A stretch of DNA of 64,000 nucleotides, taken from Solirubrobacteraceae bacterium. Its GTDB lineage: Bacteria; Actinomycetota; Thermoleophilia; Solirubrobacterales; Solirubrobacteraceae. The notes beneath the pieces are model-generated. The model was not told the DNA's origin. It saw only the letters and a program-made list of their open reading frames with translations, and made no database searches. Below are positions 26,448 through 34,714 of the stretch, piece by piece; within the stretch, counting starts at the first letter, position 1; each line of letters begins with the position of its first letter. A program made the position numbers and the translations under genes. The DNA lies in NCBI GenBank assembly GCA_049584155.1, contig JBAUXH010000113.1, forward strand, positions 1,918 to 65,917, read 5' to 3'.

Positions 26448-27161
26448 TCAGAGCGCCAGCTGTTGGTAAGCCAGCGACTGAAACGACATGCGGTGCAGGG
26501 GCGAGACCCCCTGGCGGGCGATCGCCTCGCGGTGAACCGGAGTCGAGTAGCCGACGTGCTCGGCAAAACCCCAGCCGGGGTGAAGCGTGTCGGCGTGGTG
26601 CATGTAGCGGTCGCGGGTGACCTTGGCGATGATCGAGGCGGCGGCAATCGCGGCGCTCGTGGCGTCGCCATCAACGATCGCGCGCTGGGGACGCTCGAAC
26701 TCGGGTACGGAGAAGCCATCCACGAGACACATGACCTCGCCCGGGACATCGGCGGTGACGTTGCGCAGCGCATCGCGCAACGCCGCGAGGTTCGTGACGT
26801 GCAGTCCACGCTCGTCGATGCCACCGACACAACGCGAGACGACGGCGACACGTGCCGCACAACGCAACACCAGCGGGTAGAGCTCCTCGCGTGCCTGTGG
26901 GGAGTGTTGCTTGGAGTCGTTGAGCGCGCTCAACGAGCGCAGCTCGCGGGTGGTGAGCGCGTCGTAGTCGAACAGAACCCCCGCAGCTACAAGCGGTCCG
27001 GCAAGACATCCCCGGCCGGCCTCATCGGCGCCCGCGACCAGCGACACGTCGAGGCGGCGATCGAACGCGAACAGGCGCCGTCCGCTGGTGCGAGCCCGGG
27101 CGCGACGACGCCGGGCCCTTGCAGAGCCCACTGGTGATCGTGGGGCAGGCGCTTTGCTCAC
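26448..27161 (-). CDS. rnhB: ribonuclease HII
   Basis: GADEAGRGCLAGPLVAAGV...DSKQHSP...IAAASIIAKVTRD. GTG start. Confidence 0.93.
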   Translation of the reverse strand: MSKAPAPRSPVGSARARRRRARARTSGRRLFAFDRRLDVSLVAGADEAGRGCLAGPLVAAGVLFDYDALTTRELRSLSALNDSKQHSPQAREELYPLVLRCAARVAVVSRCVGGIDERGLHVTNLAALRDALRNVTADVPGEVMCLVDGFSVPEFERPQRAIVDGDATSAAIAAASIIAKVTRDRYMHHADTLHPGWGFAEHVGYSTPVHREAIARQGVSPLHRMSFQSLAYQQLAL

Positions 27162-27188
27162 GTCGCAACCACCAACGTCGGTACGCCA

Positions 27189-27291
27189 CTAGCGGGCCGT
27201 AGGCCAAGCGATACAAGGACGCAGGGAGCGTGGCGTATTACGTACGCGAGAGACCGAGGACGCAGTAGCGCGCCGGCATACGGCCCGCTAG
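27189..27291. repeat. quasi-palindromic intergenic repeat, copy A
   Basis: A 52-nt core at 27214-27265 matches the reverse complement of 38249-38300 at 50/52 positions. It is closed by a perfect 13-bp inverted repeat, ctagcgggccgta (27189-27201) and tacggcccgctag (27279-27291). Confidence 0.8.
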
Positions 27292-27911
27292 AAGAAGCCG
27301 ATGCGGTCGGGGGGCCAGTAGGTAGCGAATGCTTCTCCGATGATCCACGAAGTAGGGACTGGCCCCCAGAATCTGCTGTCGTCGGATTCGCCACGGTTGT
27401 CCCCCATCATGAACCAGTGTCCGGCCGGAATCCTGATCGGGACCGGAAAGTTGCACTCGGCGCTACCTTCGCACTGGCGGATGTAAGCGTCCTGCTCGGG
27501 ACGGCCGTTGCGAGTGACGTGGCCTTCGTGGATCGAGATCACGTCGCCCGGACCAGCGACGATGCGCTTGATGAAGTTGACGCCCGTGTCCTCTTTCGGC
27601 ACCGGTTCGGCACAGGCCGCACCACCCAGTTTGACGGTGTGCGGGACCGGTCCGCACTCCTGTTGCTGAGCGCCTTCGGGTGGGTGAAAGACTGTGATCT
27701 GCCCGACGTGCGGTTTGCTGAAGTGCGTGCCGATGCGATCGACGAGCACCCGCTGACCGACCGCGAGCGTCGGTTCCATTGAGCCACTCGGGATACGGTA
27801 GGGCTTGACGATCCACGCCTGGATAGCCAGTGCCAGACCGAGCGCGACGAGCACAATGACGACCAACTCGATGAGCGAGTTGGCAGTCGATTTGTTGCGT
27901 TTGGGAGTCAC
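27288..27911 (-). CDS. lepB: signal peptidase I
   Basis: SGSMEPTL (Ser box), K-box region, GDNRGESDDSRFWGPV. The start is uncertain. GTG 27911 avoids overlap with rplS, while ATG 28001 would overlap it by 50 nt. Confidence 0.9.
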   Translation of the reverse strand: MTPKRNKSTANSLIELVVIVLVALGLALAIQAWIVKPYRIPSGSMEPTLAVGQRVLVDRIGTHFSKPHVGQITVFHPPEGAQQQECGPVPHTVKLGGAACAEPVPKEDTGVNFIKRIVAGPGDVISIHEGHVTRNGRPEQDAYIRQCEGSAECNFPVPIRIPAGHWFMMGDNRGESDDSRFWGPVPTSWIIGEAFATYWPPDRIGFF

Positions 27912-27951
27912 AGCCGGCGCAAGCCTCTTACGCCGTGCTTTGCACCCGGGC

Positions 27952-28656
27952 TCACGCCGGCATGTCGCCGGCGACCTCGCCCCCCTGGGTGTCGCCGGCA
28001 TCGGGGGATGTGGAATCGGCGGCGAGCGTCTCGGACTCAACCTTCGCGGACGTAGTCGCCCCCGTCTCAGCCCCCCCGGGCTCAACCGTTCCGGCCTGCG
28101 CCGGTTCGTCATTCCGCTGCTCTGCCTCTGCGCCGGCGGGCGTCTCGCCCTCTGCCGCAGCGACGTCCGCGCCGGCGCTCTCGACCTCGGCTGTATCCTG
28201 CACCGCCTGCACGCCCTCCGCGAGCGTCTCCTCCGCGGTCATGCCCTCAGCGTCGGTCGCTCCAGCTGGCTCCTCATGCAGTAGGCCAGGCTCGACCACC
28301 TGTTCAGGCCCGGTGTAGCGACGCTCGCGCACACGCGCACGCTTGCCTACACGATCACGCAGGTAGTAGAGCTTCGCCCGCCGTACATCTCCGCGTGCCG
28401 CCAGCTCGATGCGCTCGATCTTCGGAGAGTGCACCGGGAACATGCGCTCTACCCCGACGCCAAACGACTGCTTACGCACGGTGAACGTCTCGCGGGCACC
28501 GTGCCCCTGGCGCTTGATCACGACGCCCTCGAACACCTGCACGCGCCGGCGGGTGCCCTCGATCACCTGGAAGTGAACCTTGACACGGTCGCCCGGCGCA
28601 AAGGCAGGGACGCGGCGCAACTGCGCGCGCTCGATGGTTTCGATAACGCTGCTCAT
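27952..28656 (-). CDS. rplS: 50S ribosomal protein L19 with ~120-aa acidic C-terminal extension
   Basis: The start was moved to ATG 28656 ([34 protein letters not shown]...[11 protein letters not shown]). The frame stays open to 27952. Confidence 0.92.
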   Translation of the reverse strand: MSSVIETIERAQLRRVPAFAPGDRVKVHFQVIEGTRRRVQVFEGVVIKRQGHGARETFTVRKQSFGVGVERMFPVHSPKIERIELAARGDVRRAKLYYLRDRVGKRARVRERRYTGPEQVVEPGLLHEEPAGATDAEGMTAEETLAEGVQAVQDTAEVESAGADVAAAEGETPAGAEAEQRNDEPAQAGTVEPGGAETGATTSAKVESETLAADSTSPDAGDTQGGEVAGDMPA

Positions 28657-28795
28657 GAGTAAAGGGTGCGAAGCATCGCGCCTGAACAACCGCTTCGCAA
28701 ACCCCGAGAAGGGCACGACGGTCGGCGCGGTCAGGAATGGTAGCGGACGGTCGCTCCTCGCGCTCCCGCTCGCCCGCCTTAGGCCCTCCGCGACC

Positions 28796-29509
28796 TCATC
28801 CGCCGGGGGGCTCCTCAACGCTCCTGAGCGCGTCGATATCGCCCTCGCGTTCGCGACTGCGCTGGCGCCGCCACTCAGCGATGCGCTCGTGATGGCCGGA
28901 GAGCAGAACCTCGGGGACTCGCCATCCGCGATATTCCGCCGGGCGGGTGTAGTGCGGATACTCGGGACGTCCTTCCAGGGCCGGGCTGAAGGACTCCTCG
29001 ATCGCTGACCGCTCGTGCCCGAGCGCGCCGGGCAGCTTGCGCAGCACGGTGTCACACACGACCATCGCCGCGAGCTCACCCCCGGCGAGGACGTAGCGCC
29101 CGATCGAGACCTGCTCGGTCGCGAAGTGCTCGAGAATGCGCTCGTCAAAGCCCTCGTAGCGACCACACAGTAGCGTCAACGCGGGCTCGGCCGCCAGCTC
29201 ACTCGCGAGCTCATCGTCGAGCAACCGCCCGCCCGGCGTCAGCGCGATCACCCGACGATCCTCGCGCAGGCGCACCGGATCGATCCCGTAGCGAGCCCGC
29301 AGCGCGCTGTCGAGCACGTCCACGCGCAACACCATCCCGGCGCCTCCACCGAACGGCGTGTCATCCACCTGCCCTGCGCCAAGCGGCGTGTGCTCACGGA
29401 AGTTCACGCACTCGATGCGCGAACCCGCCGCGAGCGCGTTGCGCACGTGGCGCTGCTCGGTCAACCATTCAAACCACTCGGGGAACAGCGTGAACACGTC
29501 GATCTCCAC
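28796..29509 (-). CDS. trmD: tRNA (guanine37-N1)-methyltransferase
   Basis: [13 protein letters not shown]...[13 protein letters not shown]...[13 protein letters not shown]. Confidence 0.96.
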   Translation of the reverse strand: MEIDVFTLFPEWFEWLTEQRHVRNALAAGSRIECVNFREHTPLGAGQVDDTPFGGGAGMVLRVDVLDSALRARYGIDPVRLREDRRVIALTPGGRLLDDELASELAAEPALTLLCGRYEGFDERILEHFATEQVSIGRYVLAGGELAAMVVCDTVLRKLPGALGHERSAIEESFSPALEGRPEYPHYTRPAEYRGWRVPEVLLSGHHERIAEWRRQRSREREGDIDALRSVEEPPGG

Positions 29510-29514
29510 CGTCG

Positions 29515-30066
29515 CTACTCCTCGACGAAGCTCATGTTCACGTCGATACGTGCCGCGACGACGTCGATACTGCGAATCGCGTCTCTGACCATCGGCACCA
29601 GCAGAGATCCGCCTGTCTGCCTGGAGACCTCCAGCGCCTCACACGAGGGCAGCTCGATCATCCGTATGACCGTACCGACCTGCTGCTCCCCGTCGAGCAC
29701 GACACAGCCCTCCAGCTCGTGCGCCCACCATTCACCCTCGGCGAGCGGTGGCGCGTCCGCCACGGTCACGGTCAGCGTCTGTCCGCGCAATGCTTGCGCG
29801 CCGGAACGATCCTCGACGCCATGTACGCGTACGATCGGATGCCGATCGGTTCCGGCGCGACGCACGATCGCAGCGGCTTTGCCGGCTATCGTCACCTCCG
29901 TGCCGAGCACGAGCAGGCGTGGACGGGCGCCCGTAACATAGAAGCTTCCGTCGAGACCATGGGCACGGCCAACCCTGCCCGCAGGCAAGCTGTTCTCAGG
30001 AGCAGAACTACTGGAGTCCACCGTCGCGCGGATTCCCTCTCTGACAGAGCGCTCGGAGCGCCTCAA
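29515..30066 (-). CDS. rimM: 16S rRNA processing protein RimM
   Basis: GRVGRAHGLDGSFYV plus a PRC-barrel C-terminal half. The TTG start at 30066 is uncertain, with GTG 30021 as an alternative. Confidence 0.88.
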   Translation of the reverse strand: MRRSERSVREGIRATVDSSSSAPENSLPAGRVGRAHGLDGSFYVTGARPRLLVLGTEVTIAGKAAAIVRRAGTDRHPIVRVHGVEDRSGAQALRGQTLTVTVADAPPLAEGEWWAHELEGCVVLDGEQQVGTVIRMIELPSCEALEVSRQTGGSLLVPMVRDAIRSIDVVAARIDVNMSFVEE

Positions 30067-30335
30067 TCGACAATATCGACGAGTACCCGATGTCCCGCGC
30101 CGGTCGCGGCGGCTTTTACGACCGTGCGCAGCGCGTGTGCGGTACGTCCGCCGCGCCCGATCACCTTGCCGTAGTCGCCCTCAGCTACGCACAGCTCCAG
30201 CACGATCGTGCCATCGTCCTCCTCGAACCGCTCGACCGAGACCTCCTCGGGCTCGTCGACCAAGCCTTCTGCCAAGTACTCGAGCAGCTGGCGGGGTGTC
30301 TCGCCGGGATCGGAGTCGTTCTCTTGCGTAGCCAC
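30063..30335 (-). CDS. KH-domain RNA-binding protein (YlqC/UPF0109)
   Basis: 90 aa with GKVIGRGGRTAHALRTV, a GxxG KH motif. Canonical position between rpsP and rimM. Confidence 0.85.
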   Translation of the reverse strand: MATQENDSDPGETPRQLLEYLAEGLVDEPEEVSVERFEEDDGTIVLELCVAEGDYGKVIGRGGRTAHALRTVVKAAATGAGHRVLVDIVD

Positions 30336-30362
30336 CCGTCCGTGCCCCGGCTCGCAGCAGCG

Positions 30363-30620
30363 TCAGTCGGCCTGCGATGTGGTGATGCCTTGAATGCGCA
30401 GCAACTTACGTACCGTGCTCGACGGTTGCGCCCCGCGCGCTAGCCAGCTGCGTGCGCGGTCCTCGTCGATCGCGATCGTCGAGGGATTCGTCTGCGCGTT
30501 GTACTGACCAATCGTCTCGATCACGCGACCGTCGCGCGGCGAGCGCTGGTCGGCCACGACCACACGCCAGATCGGATCCTTCTTGCCGCCCACCCGTGTG
30601 AGCCTAAGCCGTACCGACAA
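30363..30620 (-). CDS. rpsP: 30S ribosomal protein S16
   Basis: (M)SVRLRLTRVGGKKDPIWRVVVADQRSPRDGR. TTG 30620 is preferred because AGAGAGGA lies ~6 nt upstream. The track start at 30647 would add 9 atypical residues. Confidence 0.92.
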   Translation of the reverse strand: MSVRLRLTRVGGKKDPIWRVVVADQRSPRDGRVIETIGQYNAQTNPSTIAIDEDRARSWLARGAQPSSTVRKLLRIQGITTSQAD

Positions 30621-30752
30621 CTTGTTCCTCTCTTTGAGCCAGCGCACGAGTGTCGCCGGCTGTGCCTATCGCTTTTGCCGATTATCGCTGTTCTGCCGAT
30701 TACTTGCAGTGAGCTTAGACGGTGAGCGGGTCCATGGCGGTCAGACTCGTCC

Positions 30753-32087
30753 TCATCGAGCCTGGCGCATGAGCGCGCCGATGTCCGGCATCTTGCCGCG
30801 GCCCACCTGCTTCATCAGCTTGCGGGTCTGGCCAAACTGCTTGACAAGCTGGTTGACCTGCTGAACACTGGTGCCAGATCCGCGGGCGATGCGCAACCTG
30901 CGCGAGCCCTTGATCAGCTCCGGTCGGGAACGCTCTGAGGGGGTCATCGAAAGGATGATCGCCTGCACGCGATCGAGCTCGCGCTCATCGACCTTCATGT
31001 TCTGCAGCTGATGGCCGGCGAGGCCGGGGATCATTCCGAGCAGGTTGGTCAACGGCCCCATCCGCCGTACTGTCTTCAGCTGCGAGAGAAAGTCGTCGAG
31101 ACCGAATTCGTCGCGTGTGAGCTTGCGTTGCAACTGGAGCGCCTCGTCCTCATCGAACTGGCGCTCGGCCTGCTCGATCAGGCTCATCACGTCGCCCATC
31201 CCGAGGATCCGCTGGGCCATGCGGTCGGGATGGAACCGCTCGAACTGGTCGAGCTTCTCGCCTGTAGAGGCGAACATGATCGGCTTGCCGGTGAGCGCCC
31301 GTACCGACAGTGCGGCGCCACCGCGCGCGTCGCCGTCGAGCTTGCTCATGATCACGCCGTCGAACTGGACCTCCTGCGCGAAGCGCTCGGCCACCGCGGC
31401 CGCGTCCTGCCCTGTCATCGCGTCGACGACCAGCAGCACATCGTCCGGTTTCACCGCCGCGGAGATCCGCACGAGCTCGCCCATCAGTTGTTCGTCGACG
31501 TGCAGGCGGCCGGCGGTGTCGACGATCAGCACGTCCTTGCCCTCTCGGGTGGCGCGCTCCAGAGCCCAGGTGGCGATGTCGACCGGATCACGCTCGGTCC
31601 CCTGCTCGTACACCTCCGCCCCTGCCTGAGCTCCGACCTTGACGAGCTGCTCCACTGCCGCCGGGCGGTAGGTGTCACACGCCGCCACCGCAACCGACGC
31701 GCCGCGCTCTGAGCGCAGATGCAACGCGAGCTTCGCCGTCGCGGTCGTCTTGCCGGAACCCTGCAGTCCAGCCATCAGGATCACGGTCGGAGGATGCGCG
31801 GAGAAGGCGAGTCCGGCCGAGGCGCCGCCCATCAGTGTCGCGAGCTCCTCGGCGACGATCTTGACGACCTGCTGCGCGGGGTTCAGCCCACCGATAACTC
31901 CAGCGCCCAGGCAGCGCTCCTTGACCTGCGCGGTGAACTCGCGCACGACCTTGAAGTTGACGTCTGCCTCCAGCAGAGCCAGGCGTATCTCGCGCATCGC
32001 CGCATCGATGTCCTCCTCGGTCAATGTGCCATGGCGGCGCACATCGGCGAGCGTTGCCTGCAGCTTCTCGGCGAGGGCGTCAAACAT
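30753..32087 (-). CDS. ffh: signal recognition particle protein Ffh
   Basis: GLQGSGKTT, DTAGR, SKLDGDARGG and a Met-rich M domain. Confidence 0.97.
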   Translation of the reverse strand: MFDALAEKLQATLADVRRHGTLTEEDIDAAMREIRLALLEADVNFKVVREFTAQVKERCLGAGVIGGLNPAQQVVKIVAEELATLMGGASAGLAFSAHPPTVILMAGLQGSGKTTATAKLALHLRSERGASVAVAACDTYRPAAVEQLVKVGAQAGAEVYEQGTERDPVDIATWALERATREGKDVLIVDTAGRLHVDEQLMGELVRISAAVKPDDVLLVVDAMTGQDAAAVAERFAQEVQFDGVIMSKLDGDARGGAALSVRALTGKPIMFASTGEKLDQFERFHPDRMAQRILGMGDVMSLIEQAERQFDEDEALQLQRKLTRDEFGLDDFLSQLKTVRRMGPLTNLLGMIPGLAGHQLQNMKVDERELDRVQAIILSMTPSERSRPELIKGSRRLRIARGSGTSVQQVNQLVKQFGQTRKLMKQVGRGKMPDIGALMRQAR

Positions 32088-32146
32088 AGGTCGCTAATGA
32101 TTCTCGCAGCCGCCGCGCTGACAGCCGCTCGTCATCTCAGAACGTC

Positions 32147-33148
32147 TCAGTCCTTGCTGCCCGCGGAAGGGTCCGGCGACGCCGGCGGCCGTTTGGGGGC
32201 GTCATCGCGCGCGGATGGCGGGTGCGGCAGCTCAGGCCCATGTCCGGGTGTGCGCCGCGAGAGCGCCTCGCCGATGCCGCCGAACGCCTCGGCAAACTCG
32301 CTCGGGACGACGAACACCTTGTTCGCGTCGCCTTCGGCCAACTGAGGGAGCATCTGCAGGTATTCGTAGCTCAGCAGCTCGCGGTTCGGTTTGCCCGCGT
32401 GGATCGCGCTGAACACCGTGTCGATCGCCTTAGCTTCGCCCTCGGCGCGCAGGATCGCGGCCTGGCGCTCGCCCTCGGCGTCGAGGACCGCGGCTTGCTG
32501 GGCGCCTTCGGCGGTGAGCACCGCCGCCTGCTTGGCGCCCTCGGCGGTCAGGATCTGGGACTGCTTCTCGCCTTCCGCAGTCAGGATCGCGGCGCGACGG
32601 TCGCGCTCGGCGCGCATCTGCTTCTCCATCGCGGTCTTGATGTCCGTCGGCGGTTCGACCGACTTAATCTCCACACGGTTGATTCTGATCCCCCACTTGC
32701 CGGTCGCCTCGTCCAGGACGGTGCGCAGCTCGGCGTTGACGTTCTCGCGGGCGGTCAGGGTCTGCTCGAGCGTCAGTCCGCCGATCACGTTGCGTAGAGT
32801 CGTGACGGTGAGCTGCTCGATCGCCTGTAGCGGATCGGCGATTTCATACGTCGCCGAGCGCGGATCGGTGATCGTGAAGTACAGGACCGTTTCGATCGCG
32901 ACGACGACGTTGTCCTCCGTGATCACCGGTTGCGGGGCGAAGTTGACGACCTGCTCGCGCAGATCCACGAGCGGCTTGACCCTGTCGATGAAGGGCGTGA
33001 CGATCGTCAGACCCGGCTCCAGTGTGCGACTGTAGCGGCCGAGGCGCTCGACGACCCCGGCCCTCGCCTGAGGAATCACCCGGATCGTGCGCGCAGCGAC
33101 CACCAGCGCGAACAGCACGACTACGGCGAGGACTATCAGTGCGGCCAT
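32147..33148 (-). CDS. SPFH/band-7 (stomatin-like) membrane protein
   Basis: N-terminal TM segment, then RVIPQARAGVVERLGRY...TEDNVVVAIETVLYF... Confidence 0.93.
   Translation of the reverse strand: MAALIVLAVVVLFALVVAARTIRVIPQARAGVVERLGRYSRTLEPGLTIVTPFIDRVKPLVDLREQVVNFAPQPVITEDNVVVAIETVLYFTITDPRSATYEIADPLQAIEQLTVTTLRNVIGGLTLEQTLTARENVNAELRTVLDEATGKWGIRINRVEIKSVEPPTDIKTAMEKQMRAERDRRAAILTAEGEKQSQILTAEGAKQAAVLTAEGAQQAAVLDAEGERQAAILRAEGEAKAIDTVFSAIHAGKPNRELLSYEYLQMLPQLAEGDANKVFVVPSEFAEAFGGIGEALSRRTPGHGPELPHPPSARDDAPKRPPASPDPSAGSKD
32426..32587 (-). repeat. five tandem 11-aa (33-nt) coiled-coil repeats inside the SPFH gene
   Basis: ILTAEGEKQSQ / ILTAEGAKQAA / VLTAEGAQQAA / VLDAEGERQAA / ILRAEGEAKA. 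Confidence 0.85.
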
Positions 33149-33179
33149 GGGTCAACTCCCTTGTCTGTTGTCCTGGGGC

Positions 33180-33611
33180 TCAATGCATCACCAGCGCGGT
33201 GGCGCCCCTTATTTCCACGACCTCAACCCGCTCGCCCGCGTCGATTACCTCATCTTCGTCGTAGCTGCGCGCCGTCCATACCTCGCCGTCGATCTTCACG
33301 CACCCGACCCCCTCGCCGTTGGCAATCCGCTCGATCACCACCGCGGGCTTGCCGATGAGAGCGGCCGCCCCCGTCCGAATCGCGGGAGGCAGACGACGAT
33401 GCCTGCGCGCGACCGGTCGCAACGTGGCAAACACGATGCCCGAGGCAGCCACGAACACGATCGTGCTAAGCAGCGCCCCCACACCCAGCAGGCCAACGAC
33501 CGCGGCGAGCCCTGCTCCGATCGCGAACGGGGCGAGATAGAACCCGCCCTGGTGCATCTCCCCAATGCCGAGCAGACATGCCGCGACGAGCCATACGATC
33601 CATACAGACAT
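33180..33611 (-). CDS. NfeD-family membrane protein
   Basis: 143 aa. Two or three TM segments, then an OB-fold tail GKPAVVIERIANGEGVGCVKIDGEVWTAR. Sits directly upstream of the SPFH gene. Confidence 0.85.
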   Translation of the reverse strand: MSVWIVWLVAACLLGIGEMHQGGFYLAPFAIGAGLAAVVGLLGVGALLSTIVFVAASGIVFATLRPVARRHRRLPPAIRTGAAALIGKPAVVIERIANGEGVGCVKIDGEVWTARSYDEDEVIDAGERVEVVEIRGATALVMH

Positions 33612-33700
33612 GTCTTCCAGGTTACCCCTCGCAGCCCGATGCGCATGGTGTCAAGGCCCGCCGGGGTTGCGCGGATGACCCCGTGGGGATGACCCGTGGG

Positions 33701-34693
33701 TCACTGCTTGGCGATCAGCGCGCGCGCGAACTCCTCGGGGTCGAACGGGCGTAGGTCCTCGACTGTCTCACCGATCCCGATCAGCTTCACCGGCAGCTGC
33801 AGCTCCGCCGCGATCGCAAGCGCGATCCCGCCGCGGGCGGTTCCGTCGAGCTTGCTCAGCACGACCCCGGTGACGTCGGCCGCAGCGGCGAACATCCGAG
33901 CCTGACGCAGCCCGTTCTGACCGGTGGTGGCATCGATCGTCAGTAGTGTCTCGTGCGGAGCGCCGTCCAGCTGACGCGCGATCACCCGGCGGATCTTGCC
34001 GAGCTCGGCCATCAGGTCGTCCTGGGTGTGCAGTCGCCCGGCCGTGTCGATGATCGCGACGTCCGCGCCCTCGGCGCGCGCACGGGCGATCGTCTCAAAG
34101 GCGACACTGCCCGGATCAGAACCCTCCGGACCAGTCACGATCTCACACCCGGCTCGTTGCGCCCAGCCTGCCAGCTGCTCGCTCGCGGCCGCCCGGAATG
34201 TATCGGCCGCGCCGAGCAGCACATTGCGGCCCAGCTCGTGGCGAAGGTGCCAGGCGAGCTTGCCGATCGTCGTCGTCTTACCCGTCCCATTCACCCCAAC
34301 GGCCATGATCACGGTCGGTTCGGGACGGATGTCGATGCGGGCGTCTCCCACACGCGCGGTCTGCGCGAGCAGTCCGATCAGCCGCTCACTCAGCGCCTCG
34401 CCGCCCGCGAGCTCGCCGAGGTCGGCCTCGGCCTCGAGCGTGCCCACGATCGAGGCCGTCGTTTGCGCGCCGACGTCAGCGAGGATCAGCGCCTCCTCCA
34501 ATCGTTCCCACGCCTGGGCGTCGAGCGTGCCAAACAGCGTCGCCTGGATCTCCCCGCCGAGCGCCTCGCGGGTCTTCGACAGGTTTTCGCGTAGACGCCG
34601 GAACAGACCTCGCCGAGGTTGATCGGACACCGTCGAGGACCCGTCGCCGAGGGGCGCATCGGTTATGAACAGTTCGTTCCAGTCACGCGGCAC
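33701..34693 (-). CDS. ftsY: signal recognition particle receptor FtsY
   Basis: GVNGTGKTTT, DTAGRL, SKLDGTARGG. Confidence 0.96.
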   Translation of the reverse strand: MPRDWNELFITDAPLGDGSSTVSDQPRRGLFRRLRENLSKTREALGGEIQATLFGTLDAQAWERLEEALILADVGAQTTASIVGTLEAEADLGELAGGEALSERLIGLLAQTARVGDARIDIRPEPTVIMAVGVNGTGKTTTIGKLAWHLRHELGRNVLLGAADTFRAAASEQLAGWAQRAGCEIVTGPEGSDPGSVAFETIARARAEGADVAIIDTAGRLHTQDDLMAELGKIRRVIARQLDGAPHETLLTIDATTGQNGLRQARMFAAAADVTGVVLSKLDGTARGGIALAIAAELQLPVKLIGIGETVEDLRPFDPEEFARALIAKQ

Positions 34694-34714
34694 AGAACCG
34701 TCTCCTCGCAGGGT

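Noticed and set aside
28657-29166. N-terminal extension of the L19 ORF (track 27952-29166)
   Set aside because: The L19 homology starts at ATG 28656. The upstream part overlaps trmD in another frame.
30670-30700. Direct repeat GCCGATTA twice in the ffh-rpsP spacer
   Set aside because: The repeat is short (8-9 nt) and occurs only once. It is plausibly just part of the rpsP promoter region, and the evidence is insufficient to call a site.
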